From: Alphaproteobacteria bacterium
GTDB taxonomy: Bacteria > Pseudomonadota > Alphaproteobacteria > RF32 > CAG-239
DNA: 64,000 nt
Direction: 5' to 3'
Assembly (NCBI GenBank): GCA_045632645.1
Contig: JAZQXC010000014.1
Span: forward strand, 18,166 to 82,165
Shown in pieces: positions 41,166 to 50,443 of this stretch (within the stretch, counting starts at the first letter, position 1; each line of letters opens with the position of its first letter). Below the pieces are notes generated by a model that saw only the letters and a list, made by a program, of their open reading frames with translations, had not been told where the DNA came from and did not search any database. The translations under genes and the position numbers were made by a program.

Positions 41166-42272
41166 TTATTCTTCTTTATGCAGATAAACAGAAACACTAA
41201 CCGATGCCACAATCATAGCCGGCGCCCAAACCGCAAACCAAACAGGAATATACGCATTAACCCCAAAAGAAGATATAACTTGCGAAATAAAATACACTGT
41301 AAAACCTGTTGCAAGACCACAAACAATCATCCAGAAAACCCCACCTTGACGTTGGCTGGCTTTTAGTGAAAAAATTCCAGCAACCAACACCATAGCCATT
41401 AACAAAAACGGTAAAGAAAGTAGCGTCAAATGTCTCATCTTATACCTCAAAACAGAAAAACCAGATGCCTCATAAAAATTTATTGTATCAGGTAAATTCC
41501 AAAAAGAAATGGCCTCAGGATCAATAAAATTATCCTTTATTCTCTGTATATTCATCTCTGTCGGATACGCTAAATTATTTATAACTTCAACCTTTTGCCC
41601 CGCTTTATAAATTCTAACATCTCTTAGGTTAAGATTACCCTCTTCAAGTGTTGCAACAAACCCTTCTATCCTTCTTTTAACCTGTGTCTTTTCATCAACC
41701 TCAATTATACTAACATCATGAAGCCACAAAACATCATCTTTCAAACTAAGGTTGTTTGCATTTATAATTGCAACACTATTATCAACACCACCTTCTCTAA
41801 TCCAAAGCCCTTTATTAGAAAACAAGAACGCATTAGGATTATTTGTAGAAAGCCTATACGACAAAGTTTCTTTTAATTCATACATTTTTGAAGAAAAAGG
41901 ATTAACAACCATAACCCAAAACACACCTATACCAAACACAGCAAGCAAAACAGGTGTTAAAACACCCCAAATAGAAACTCCGGCAGCTCTTATTATAACA
42001 AACTCATTAGTTTTGCTTATTCTCCAAAACGTTATCATCGTTGCAATCATTACAATAAAAGGAATAACCTTGTCCACAGTTTCGGGCAACTTTGCAATAA
42101 CATATTTTATTAAAAACAAAACTGAAACCTCGCTTCTTCCAGATGTTCTGCGCAAAATTTCTATCATATCAAACATCATAATAATCGCACAAATAACACC
42201 CAAAACAAACAAAAAACTAAGTATCGTTTGCTTAATCAAATATGTGCCTAAAATAGAGTTCGGTTTCATCAT
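41166..42272 (-). CDS. LPS export ABC permease LptF/LptG family (YjgP/YjgQ)
   Basis: 368 aa, 6 TM with large periplasmic loop. Confidence 0.75.
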   Translation of the reverse strand: MMKPNSILGTYLIKQTILSFLFVLGVICAIIMMFDMIEILRRTSGRSEVSVLFLIKYVIAKLPETVDKVIPFIVMIATMITFWRISKTNEFVIIRAAGVSIWGVLTPVLLAVFGIGVFWVMVVNPFSSKMYELKETLSYRLSTNNPNAFLFSNKGLWIREGGVDNSVAIINANNLSLKDDVLWLHDVSIIEVDEKTQVKRRIEGFVATLEEGNLNLRDVRIYKAGQKVEVINNLAYPTEMNIQRIKDNFIDPEAISFWNLPDTINFYEASGFSVLRYKMRHLTLLSLPFLLMAMVLVAGIFSLKASQRQGGVFWMIVCGLATGFTVYFISQVISSFGVNAYIPVWFAVWAPAMIVASVSVSVYLHKEE

Positions 42273-42283
42273 ATTAAAAATCC

Positions 42284-43219
42284 TTAAACATAATCAACAG
42301 AAAGATATCTTTCTATACTATCTGGCAAAATAACAATAATTCTTTTATTTGTAAAATCTTTTCTTTTAGCAATTTCTGTTGCAGCAAAAACAGCGCCTCC
42401 AGCAGATACACCAACAGGTAGCCCCTCTGTTTGCGCCACAAGTTTAGTCATCTCTAATGCGTCTTCATCAGAAACAGAAACAATCTCATCAACCAAATTT
42501 TGCTCAAAAAGAGGAGGAACAAAACCTGCTCCTATTCCTTGTAGTTTATGTTCCCCCTTGCCTTCTCCCTTTAAAACAGAACTACCTTTAGGTTCAACAG
42601 CCACCACATATAAATCTTTATTATAGGTCTTCAAAACAGAAGCAATGCCTGTAATAGTGCCCGAAGTTCCAACGCCTGCCACCAAAACATCAAAATCCCC
42701 ACCTGTATCCTCTAAAATTTCCATAGCCGTTCCCATACGATGAGCATTAGGGTTTGCCTCGTTTTCAAATTGTTTCAAAAGAACAACATTCTCATTTCTT
42801 TCTTTTAAAATATTTGCCTTATTAATAGCTCCAAGCATACCCTCTTCAGCCGGCGTCAAAATGACCTCAGCCCCAAGGTGTCTCATTAATTTTATTCTTT
42901 CTCTAGACATATTTTCAGGCATAACAATAATTAATTTATACCCCTTAGAGGCACAAACCCCTGCTAAACCAATTCCCGTATTACCAGATGTTGCTTCCAC
43001 AAATATTGTATCTTTATTTATTCCTTTTTTCTCAGCCTCTTCAATCATAGATAAAGCGGCTCTATCTTTAACAGAAAACAAAGGATTATACATCTCACAC
43101 TTTACTAATATCTCAGTATTTAACCTCATCTTTGTAGTCAAATTACCAAGCCTCAAAAGAGGTGTTTTACCAATTAACTCAATTATAGAATTATATATCT
43201 TGACCATACTATTTATCAC
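42284..43219 (-). CDS. cysK: Cysteine synthase (PLP-dependent, CysK/CysM family)
   Basis: NPLFSVKDRAAL PLP-lysine region, TSGNTG. Confidence 0.85.
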   Translation of the reverse strand: MINSMVKIYNSIIELIGKTPLLRLGNLTTKMRLNTEILVKCEMYNPLFSVKDRAALSMIEEAEKKGINKDTIFVEATSGNTGIGLAGVCASKGYKLIIVMPENMSRERIKLMRHLGAEVILTPAEEGMLGAINKANILKERNENVVLLKQFENEANPNAHRMGTAMEILEDTGGDFDVLVAGVGTSGTITGIASVLKTYNKDLYVVAVEPKGSSVLKGEGKGEHKLQGIGAGFVPPLFEQNLVDEIVSVSDEDALEMTKLVAQTEGLPVGVSAGGAVFAATEIAKRKDFTNKRIIVILPDSIERYLSVDYV

Positions 43220-43850
43220 CTAAAACATCTTCAACAAAATCACCAAGTCCAACCAAATTTTGCTTTTCAAGTCTTGTTGCACAAATAATCGCCTTTGCTT
43301 CCTCAACAGCCTCATCAAGATTATCATTAATTATAACATAATCATAAAACTCACACTCTTTAATACGCTTCTCAGCCATACTCATTCTTTTTTCAATAAC
43401 TTCTTTAGAATCAGTTCCACGATTTTCTAGTCTTTCTCTTAAAACTCTAACAGAAGGAGGTATAAAAGAAATAGCTTTTACACGATTCCCTGCCAATTTC
43501 CTTAATTGTACAACACCTGGATAATCTAAATCCAAAATAACATCTTTTCCTAAAGAAAGTAAGTTGTCTATTTTTTCTTTAGGAGTACCATATTTAGGAC
43601 CAAAATCAGAATCAACACACTCATATAAAGCATTATTTTTCACAAGGTTCTTAAACTCATCTTCTGTTATAAAAAAATAATCAACACCATCAACCTCGCC
43701 ATCTCTTTTCGCTCTTGTTGTAACAGAAACAGAAAGCTCAATATCATCAAGTTCTTTTAACAATCTTTTTATAACCGAACTCTTTCCTCCACCGCTAGGA
43801 GCAGAAAAAATAAACATACTACCACTTCTTTGTATTTCTTTGTTTTTCAT
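43209..43850 (-). CDS. gmk: Guanylate kinase
   Basis: SAPSGGGKSS P-loop, TTRAKRDGEVDGVDY; 213 aa. Confidence 0.9.
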   Translation of the reverse strand: MKNKEIQRSGSMFIFSAPSGGGKSSVIKRLLKELDDIELSVSVTTRAKRDGEVDGVDYFFITEDEFKNLVKNNALYECVDSDFGPKYGTPKEKIDNLLSLGKDVILDLDYPGVVQLRKLAGNRVKAISFIPPSVRVLRERLENRGTDSKEVIEKRMSMAEKRIKECEFYDYVIINDNLDEAVEEAKAIICATRLEKQNLVGLGDFVEDVLGDK

Positions 43851-43950
43851 TTAAGTTATTCCCCTATAAAAAGTATAATTCTTTACAAAAGTTATAATCT
43901 AATATATAGCATAAAACATATAAATAAAGATTTATTTCAAGGATTACACC

Positions 43951-44712
43951 ATGATTATTAAAAATATCTTACTTACAGGCGCATCATCAGGAATTGGTGA
44001 AGCTCTCGCTCTATATTACGCAAAACAACCATCAACAGAAAACCTATACCTATGTGGGCGCAACAAAGAAAGACTAGATAAAGTAAAAGAAGTTTGTCAA
44101 TCTCTTGGCTCAGCTACAATTTTCACCAAAGTTTTAGATGTATCACAAAAAGAAGAAACAGAACACTGGATTAACGAAGCAGAAAGCAACTCACCACTAA
44201 ATTTAGTTTTCGCTAATGCCGGTGTTGCCACCTTAGAAGAAATTCCAGAAAACATATACAAAACATTTAACACAAACGTGATGGGCGTCTTAAACACCAT
44301 AACCCCAGCAATAGAACACTACAAAAAACGTAAGGATAGTAATAAAATTATCGCCATCACAGCATCAATTGCTGGCTATCACGGACTACCTTCTTGTCCA
44401 TCATATAGTGCAACAAAAGCTTGTGTTAAAGCCTATGGTGAAGCTTTGCGCCTAAATTTACTAGAATATAACATACAAGTAAACACAATCTGCCCTGGTT
44501 TTGTTCGCTCACGCATTACAGATAAAAACACCTGTCCAATGCCATTTTTTATGGAGGCAGAACCAACAGCAGAGCTTATCGCAAAAAGAATAGAAAAAAA
44601 CATTGGGTTAATAGCCTTCCCTTGGCCAATGCGACTAGCCACCTGGTTTTTAAGCATTTTACCCAATCGTTTTAGCGATTATATATATAAACGCCTCCCT
44701 CACAAGGTGTGA
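43951..44712 (+). CDS. Short-chain dehydrogenase/reductase family oxidoreductase
   Basis: TGASSGIG Rossmann motif, catalytic YSATK. Confidence 0.8.
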   Translation: MIIKNILLTGASSGIGEALALYYAKQPSTENLYLCGRNKERLDKVKEVCQSLGSATIFTKVLDVSQKEETEHWINEAESNSPLNLVFANAGVATLEEIPENIYKTFNTNVMGVLNTITPAIEHYKKRKDSNKIIAITASIAGYHGLPSCPSYSATKACVKAYGEALRLNLLEYNIQVNTICPGFVRSRITDKNTCPMPFFMEAEPTAELIAKRIEKNIGLIAFPWPMRLATWFLSILPNRFSDYIYKRLPHKV

Positions 44713-44909
44713 TATAGCTTAAATATTGTTTTTACCTATATTTTTCTTGACTTTTTAGGTTTTTGATATTAAAAACCAATCAATTCTTTATGTGGTGCAG
44801 CATAAAGAAGATTTTTTAACATGCACAAGTCCGCTTCAAACTTAGAAGGTCTGGCATTTTTTTGAAAATTAAAATAATGGCAAATACTGCAGAAATTATG
44901 ATTCCTGAA

Positions 44910-46559
44910 ATGACAGAAAACTTCGCTGACTTGTTAAATGAACAATTCGGTGAAAAAGGCATTGTTGGTTCTGTTATGAAAGGAACTGTTATTCGTGTAA
45001 CTGATGACTTTGCAATCGTTGATGTTGGTTTAAAGTCAGAAGGTCGCATTCCTTTACGTGAATTTGGTAGAAATGATGACATCAACGTTGGTGACGTTGT
45101 AGAAGTTCTCGTTGACAGATACGAAGATAAAGATGGCAACATCGTATTATCTCGCGAAAAAGCTCGCCGTGAAGAAGTATGGCAAGATCTTGAAAAATTG
45201 ATGAACAACAACGAAAGAGTTAACGGTGTTATCTTCGGTCGTGTTAAAGGTGGTTTCACTGTTGATCTTAATGGTGCAATTGCATTCTTACCTGGTTCAC
45301 AAATCGATATTCGCCCAATTAAAGATATCACTCCATTAATGGGTATATCTCAACCATTCCAAATATTAAAAATGGATAAGGTTCGTGGCAACATCGTTGT
45401 TTCTCGCCGTGTAGTATTAGAAGAAACACGCGCATCTGCTAGAGCAGAACTCATTGATACAATCAAAGAAGGCGCTGTTCTTGAAGGTATCGTTAAGAAC
45501 CTTACAGAATACGGTGCATTCATTGACTTAGGTGGTGTTGATGGTTTGTTACACGTAACAGATATTTCTTGGAAGAGAATTAATCACCCAGCAGAACTCT
45601 TGTCTTTAGGTCAAACAATTAAAGTACAAGTTATCAAATTCAATGAAGATACACAACGTATCAGCCTTGGCATGAAACAATTAGAAAACGATCCATGGCA
45701 AGCAGTTGCTGACAAATTCCAAGTTGGTGAAATTTATAACGGTAAAGTTACAAACATCACTGACTATGGTGCATTCATCGAATTAGAAGATGGTATCGAA
45801 GGTTTAGTACACGTATCTGAAATGAGCTGGACACGTAAAAATGTTCACCCAGGAAAGATTGTTTCAACATCTCAAGAAGTTGAAGTAAAAGTATTAGAAG
45901 TAGATATCGACAAACGTCGTATCAGCCTTGGTATCAAACAATGCACACCAAACCCATGGGCAGCATACCTTGAAGAACACCCACTTGGTTCTGTAATTGA
46001 AGGTAAAATCAAAAACATTACAGAATTTGGTTTATTCATTGGTTTGTCTGATGAAATTGATGGTATGATTCACTTATCTGATATTTCTTGGGAAAAATCT
46101 GGTGAAGAAGCTGTAAAAGATTACACCAAAGGTCAAACAATCGAAGCTAAAATTATCGATGTTGACATTGAAAAAGAACGCATCAGCCTTGGCATTAAAC
46201 AAATGTCTGAAAACAACATCGCATTAACATTAGAAACTTTGAAAAAAGGTGATATTGTTAAAGCTGTTGTAACAGGCGCTGATGAAAAAGGTGTACAAGT
46301 AACAGTTCAAGGCATTTCTGCTACAATTAAAAAAGCAGATTTATCTAAAGAAAACAATGACCCATTAAGCTATAACGAAGGCGATGTATTAGAAGCTAAA
46401 TTAACTTCTGTTGATCGCAAAAACGCAAAATTAGGCGTTTCTGTTAAAGCTTTTGAAGTAGAAGAAGAAAAGAAAGCAATTGAAGAATATTCAAATGCTC
46501 AATCATCTGGTTCTGCTCTTGGCGATGCTTTAGGTGAAGCTTTGAAAAATAAAGAATAA
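44910..46559 (+). CDS. rpsA: 30S ribosomal protein S1
   Basis: Start chosen at MTENFADLL by similarity to the canonical S1 N-terminus; alternatives are ATG at 44862 and 44877; six S1 domains. Confidence 0.85.
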   Translation: MTENFADLLNEQFGEKGIVGSVMKGTVIRVTDDFAIVDVGLKSEGRIPLREFGRNDDINVGDVVEVLVDRYEDKDGNIVLSREKARREEVWQDLEKLMNNNERVNGVIFGRVKGGFTVDLNGAIAFLPGSQIDIRPIKDITPLMGISQPFQILKMDKVRGNIVVSRRVVLEETRASARAELIDTIKEGAVLEGIVKNLTEYGAFIDLGGVDGLLHVTDISWKRINHPAELLSLGQTIKVQVIKFNEDTQRISLGMKQLENDPWQAVADKFQVGEIYNGKVTNITDYGAFIELEDGIEGLVHVSEMSWTRKNVHPGKIVSTSQEVEVKVLEVDIDKRRISLGIKQCTPNPWAAYLEEHPLGSVIEGKIKNITEFGLFIGLSDEIDGMIHLSDISWEKSGEEAVKDYTKGQTIEAKIIDVDIEKERISLGIKQMSENNIALTLETLKKGDIVKAVVTGADEKGVQVTVQGISATIKKADLSKENNDPLSYNEGDVLEAKLTSVDRKNAKLGVSVKAFEVEEEKKAIEEYSNAQSSGSALGDALGEALKNKE

Positions 46560-46578
46560 TATTCTTTAAAACCTACAA

Positions 46579-46618
46579 GAAACCCTCAAGTTATTGCTTG
46601 AGGGTTTTCTTTTTCTTA
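46579..46618. terminator. Bidirectional terminator after rpsA and after small secreted protein gene
   Basis: AACCCTCAAGttattgCTTGAGGGTT + T-run. Confidence 0.85.
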
Positions 46619-46622
46619 AAAA

Positions 46623-46883
46623 CTAATCTTCAGTTTCTGTAACCTCTACATCTTCTTCCAAAACAGGCACCATAGAGCTAGAAGATTGAACAGGTGCCAC
46701 CATTACCCCTTCATCACCAGGTAATGGCTCCATGTTGGGGTAATTTTCTGACGACGTCGCTGTAACTGTTTCTGTAATAGCAACACCACTATTATATACT
46801 GGCATTTCATTTCCCGCAATAGCTTGGCTAACAAACAGCGCTATAGCCATAACAGATAAGCATCCTAAAAAAAATTTAAACAT
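46623..46883 (-). CDS. Small secreted acidic protein
   Basis: GGAGG RBS 9 nt before MFKFF; signal peptide; C-terminal EEDVEVTETED. Confidence 0.5.
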   Translation of the reverse strand: MFKFFLGCLSVMAIALFVSQAIAGNEMPVYNSGVAITETVTATSSENYPNMEPLPGDEGVMVAPVQSSSSMVPVLEEDVEVTETED

Positions 46884-46973
46884 TATAAAATCCTCCATAT
46901 TAAAAAACAAAACAGATATAATGTCAGTTTTGCTTTTTTCAACAAAAAAACGGTGGAAAAATCCACCGTAATT

Positions 46974-47564
46974 TTAGAAATAAAACCTCACACCTCCGTT
47001 TATCAGCCATCCCCAGCGATTTTTGCCTCTACCACCAAAAGGCATTGTTTGGTAGCGCGCATCCACATACAAACCAAAACGACTTGTAATATCAACCGCT
47101 CCAGATAGACCAAAACCAAAATAAGGTTTCTCGTGATGTCTATAAAAACGTCCGTCGCAACCATAATTATAACAATAATAATCATAGAAGCAACAATCGT
47201 ATCCCCTGTGCCAATCCTCCTGTAAAGAATAACCTGTGCTAACAATAGCTGCAAGATATCCCCTATCACCCTGAATAAACTTCATACCAAGATTAACACC
47301 AACAGTCATGGTTGATAAATCCTTATGGTCTAAGCCATTACTCTGTTTCACAGATAAATATGAAACTTCAGCTTCACCAAGGATAAAACTATACTCTGCA
47401 CCAACCCTCAGACTAGCAATCGGAGATGTTTGTCCTTTAACAATCGATACACCTGAGCCAAAAGACAAATAAACACCATCATAGCGATCTTGAGCAACCG
47501 CTCTTTCTGAACAAACGACACCAGCAACAAACATTGCTAATATCGCAAAAACATAACTTCTCAT
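46974..47564 (-). CDS. Small outer-membrane beta-barrel protein with Cys/Tyr-rich loop
   Basis: Signal peptide ...SERAVA/Q, ends GGVRFYF, loop CCFYDYYCYNYGCDGRFY. Confidence 0.6.
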   Translation of the reverse strand: MRSYVFAILAMFVAGVVCSERAVAQDRYDGVYLSFGSGVSIVKGQTSPIASLRVGAEYSFILGEAEVSYLSVKQSNGLDHKDLSTMTVGVNLGMKFIQGDRGYLAAIVSTGYSLQEDWHRGYDCCFYDYYCYNYGCDGRFYRHHEKPYFGFGLSGAVDITSRFGLYVDARYQTMPFGGRGKNRWGWLINGGVRFYF

Positions 47565-47620
47565 ATATAAATAATTTTTAATTTCAAAAGTATTATAGCA
47601 CTATTTTTTATCTTTTTCAA

Positions 47621-47658
47621 CAAAAAAGCAGAGAAATGGAAAAAACCATTTTCTCTGC
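47621..47658. terminator. Hairpin terminator between OMP genes
   Basis: GCAGAGAAATGGaaaaaaCCATTTTCTCTGC. Confidence 0.75.
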
Positions 47659-47667
47659 TAATTAATA

Positions 47668-48687
47668 CTAAAAAGCCTTCAAGGCTCTCAGCTCCTTGTT
47701 CGAGATGTTCTTAACCCTGTTCTTATAAAGACCAAAGTTAAATGACGTTCTCACATAGAGCGAACTGCTCGTGATCGGGCTCTCGTTAAGCACGATACCA
47801 CTATGGTATCTCCAGCCAACATCAACAGCAAGGCTATTACCTGTTGCAAAGAAGCGATATTCATAGCGAAGACCAGCTGTTGGATAAAGATAGTTACCCC
47901 ATGACGTAATATACGTCTGATAATTACCATCAATTACTGGAGCGCTATCTGTGCCATAATACTCAAAACCAACGCCAGCAAAAGGCATTAACCTATGCTG
48001 ATCAAACTGATCGAGTTTAAAAGGACGACAACCTAAAACAAGCTCTGTTCGACAAGTGTTGTATCGCTTACCAGCATTAACAGCATGCTCTGTAAACTTT
48101 GACCAACCATACTCAACATTAACTCCTACAGTCCAATAGGGCTGCGAAAATCTAACACCGATACCTGCGATTGGAGAAACGAGCTCAGATGAAACTTGAC
48201 AGCCAATATAACCACTCAAATCCCAACCATACGGATCTGCAGCCTTTTGGACAATCTTACCAGCATCCTTATCGTCATCTGAAACACCTTTAAGCCCATC
48301 AACATAAGCGTAATAAGTATCTCTAAATCTATCATTATACAAACTCTCTACAACACGTGTATCAAGCTGCTTCTGATAAAGACCCTCTTCATCAAGATAA
48401 ACCTCACGCACCACAAAAGTATCGTTAGCCATCTTAAATCGCCCATCGCTGCCAACGAAATACTTTGAAACATAGTACGTTGTAGAAGAATCAAAAACCT
48501 CAATTCTGTTTACAACACGCAAGGTGTCTTTAGAATGTTCTGTCAGATACCCCTTAATCGAAGCCTCCGACCACTCATCAGTACGAATATTCATACCGTT
48601 AACGCAAATAATCTCTTGAGCATTTGCGCTTCCTGCAACAAATGCAAGGACTACGATCAATGTAGCCTTAACAAAAAATCTTTTCAT
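47668..48687 (-). CDS. Outer-membrane beta-barrel protein paralog (339 aa)
   Basis: Signal peptide MKRFFVKATLIVVLAFVAGSANA/QE, identical to that of 48957..49691. Confidence 0.6.
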   Translation of the reverse strand: MKRFFVKATLIVVLAFVAGSANAQEIICVNGMNIRTDEWSEASIKGYLTEHSKDTLRVVNRIEVFDSSTTYYVSKYFVGSDGRFKMANDTFVVREVYLDEEGLYQKQLDTRVVESLYNDRFRDTYYAYVDGLKGVSDDDKDAGKIVQKAADPYGWDLSGYIGCQVSSELVSPIAGIGVRFSQPYWTVGVNVEYGWSKFTEHAVNAGKRYNTCRTELVLGCRPFKLDQFDQHRLMPFAGVGFEYYGTDSAPVIDGNYQTYITSWGNYLYPTAGLRYEYRFFATGNSLAVDVGWRYHSGIVLNESPITSSSLYVRTSFNFGLYKNRVKNISNKELRALKAF

Positions 48688-48925
48688 ATATATTTTTTTT
48701 AAATTTTACTAAAAAACACACATCGATTTAATCTAAAGGCCATATGATTGCATTCCCATAGGTAAGACAATTCATCATAATAAACCAAAATAATCAACAT
48801 GTTGTACTTTAACACCACAATTCTAGCATGTTTTTTTTATTTTTTCAACATTTTTTTGACAAATTTGGCAAATTTTATTATAAAAACATAGTATTTAAAC
48901 AAAACACATCGTATTTAAAATAAAA
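48613..48925. repeat. About 313-bp direct repeat copy 1 (first 25 codons + leader + promoter of OMP gene)
   Basis: About 93-95% identical by eye to 49617..49928. Confidence 0.85.
48820..48848 (-). promoter_or_regulatory. Candidate sigma70 promoter (minus strand TTGAAA-17-TAGAAT) for OMP gene 47668..48687; copy at 49827..49855
   Basis: Hexamers and spacing seen directly; AT-rich context lowers specificity. Confidence 0.4.
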
Positions 48926-48926
48926 A

Positions 48927-48950
48927 AGGGTGAGATAACTCACCCTAAAC
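48927..48950 (-). terminator. Rho-independent terminator after OMP gene 48957..49691
   Basis: GGGTGAGataacTCACCC + T-run on minus strand. Confidence 0.8.
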
Positions 48951-48956
48951 ACGCTA

Positions 48957-49691
48957 CTACTTAGGTCTAAACATAAACGCAACACCCGCGTTTATATATG
49001 GACCCGAGTGCTTAAAGTCTTGCTTACCATGAGAATGAATAACTCTCGGATAGATATTATATCCACCCTCGCAAACAAACTTTACTCTAGGAGCCAAACT
49101 TGCAGATACTCTAAGACCAGCGCCACCAGTAAAACCAAAATTTTTTGAATAGAACTGAGCCTCTCTTTTATCTGTCTGTTGCAAACCATAGCCAGCACCA
49201 ACAACTATCGCTAAATAATTGCGACAAAGTCTGTCCTGCCATACCTTGTAACCAAAGTTTGCTCTAAACTGCCAAGTTAAATAGCTAGAGCCGTACCCTA
49301 GAGATTCAATTGTATGTTTCTGACGAGATATAGTAGCTTCGACCTCAACAATCTGATGACATGTCTCGAACATACCTCTGAGCGTAAAGCTAGGATTAAG
49401 CTGGCGATCAACATAGTTGCAACCTACAAGAGGCACAATACCAAAGTTGTGTCGTTGCCCTCCAAGCATATTACGGTGCTCAGGATCAAAGACTCTAGTA
49501 TCCCCTCTAAGAATACTCTCCTGCTCAGTCATGGTCAGCGAATCTGTTCTTGTCTCCCTGAAACTCTCAGCAATTCTCATCTCTAGCTGTTTTCTTCTAG
49601 AAATTTTTTTCTCAACCTCTTGAGCATTTGCACTTCCTGCAACAAATGCAAGGACTACAATCAATGTAGCCCAACCAAAAAATCTTTTCAT
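48957..49691 (-). CDS. Outer-membrane beta-barrel protein paralog (244 aa)
   Basis: Signal peptide MKRFFGWATLIVVLAFVAGSANA/QE; ends ...GVAFMFRPK. Confidence 0.6.
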   Translation of the reverse strand: MKRFFGWATLIVVLAFVAGSANAQEVEKKISRRKQLEMRIAESFRETRTDSLTMTEQESILRGDTRVFDPEHRNMLGGQRHNFGIVPLVGCNYVDRQLNPSFTLRGMFETCHQIVEVEATISRQKHTIESLGYGSSYLTWQFRANFGYKVWQDRLCRNYLAIVVGAGYGLQQTDKREAQFYSKNFGFTGGAGLRVSASLAPRVKFVCEGGYNIYPRVIHSHGKQDFKHSGPYINAGVAFMFRPK

Positions 49692-49928
49692 ATGAATATA
49701 TTTTTTTAAATTTTACTTAAAAAAACACATCGATTTAATCTAAAGGCCATATGATTGCATTCCCATAGGTAAGACAATTCATCATAATAAACCAAAATAA
49801 TCAACATGTTGTACTTTAACACCACAATTCTAGCATGTTTTTTTTATTTTTTCAATACTTTTTTGACAAATTTGGCAAGATTTATTATAAAATACACAGT
49901 ATTTAAACAAAATACTATGTATTTAAAA
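49617..49928. repeat. About 313-bp direct repeat copy 2
   Basis: See copy 1. Confidence 0.85.
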
Positions 49929-49930
49929 CT

Positions 49931-50443
49931 CTATTTTATCTTTTTTCGTAGTAATATATACAAAGCACCCGCACCACCCAAAGCTTCAGAAGGGTTTTTA
50001 TAAGCCAAAATCAAAGAACCAATATCATCAGAAGAAAGCCACATAGGAACAGATTTTCTTAAAACGCCTTTTTCACTAAAAGGCTCATCATTTATGCCTT
50101 TACCTGTAATAATTAAAACACATCTAAAACCATTATTATAGCAAGAAAGAACAAAGTCTACAACCCTTCTGTGTGCATCTTTTTCTGTTATACCATGTAA
50201 ATCAAGCGTAGCCTCAACCCTAAATTCCTCGCGCTTAAATCTTTTTGCAAGAGAGCCATCCATTTGTGTAAAATCATCTTTTTTAACAGGCTTGCCTCTG
50301 GATAAACAACTAAAAGCAACACTCTTATCTTTTTTATTATTTAAACTTATTTCTTTTTGTGTTATCTCGTCAGTAAATTTATTATGCCTAATAGGCACCA
50401 CATCTTTGATAACCTCATTCCAACTATCATCTACCATAAACAC
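49931..50443 (-). CDS. smrA: Smr-domain protein
   Basis: LDLHG...VLIITGKG Smr signature; conserved Tim44-like-mltA-smr synteny. Confidence 0.8.
   Translation of the reverse strand: MFMVDDSWNEVIKDVVPIRHNKFTDEITQKEISLNNKKDKSVAFSCLSRGKPVKKDDFTQMDGSLAKRFKREEFRVEATLDLHGITEKDAHRRVVDFVLSCYNNGFRCVLIITGKGINDEPFSEKGVLRKSVPMWLSSDDIGSLILAYKNPSEALGGAGALYILLRKKIK

Noticed and set aside
41031-41366. 111-aa R/N-rich ORF
   Set aside because: It overlaps the ybgC 3' end, the bidirectional terminator and the lptF/G 3' end. It has highly biased composition and no start context.
44862-44909. Upstream ATG starts for rpsA (MKIKIMANTAEIM...)
   Set aside because: MTENFADLL matches the canonical S1 N-terminus. The upstream ATGs lack RBS support. 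This is uncertain because Shine-Dalgarno usage is weak in this genome.
48856-48884. Perfect plus-strand TTGACA-17-TATAAA promoter
   Set aside because: Its orientation would drive transcription antisense to the flanking minus-strand OMP genes. AT-rich DNA produces such hexamers by chance, so I preferred the minus-strand TTGAAA-17-TAGAAT.
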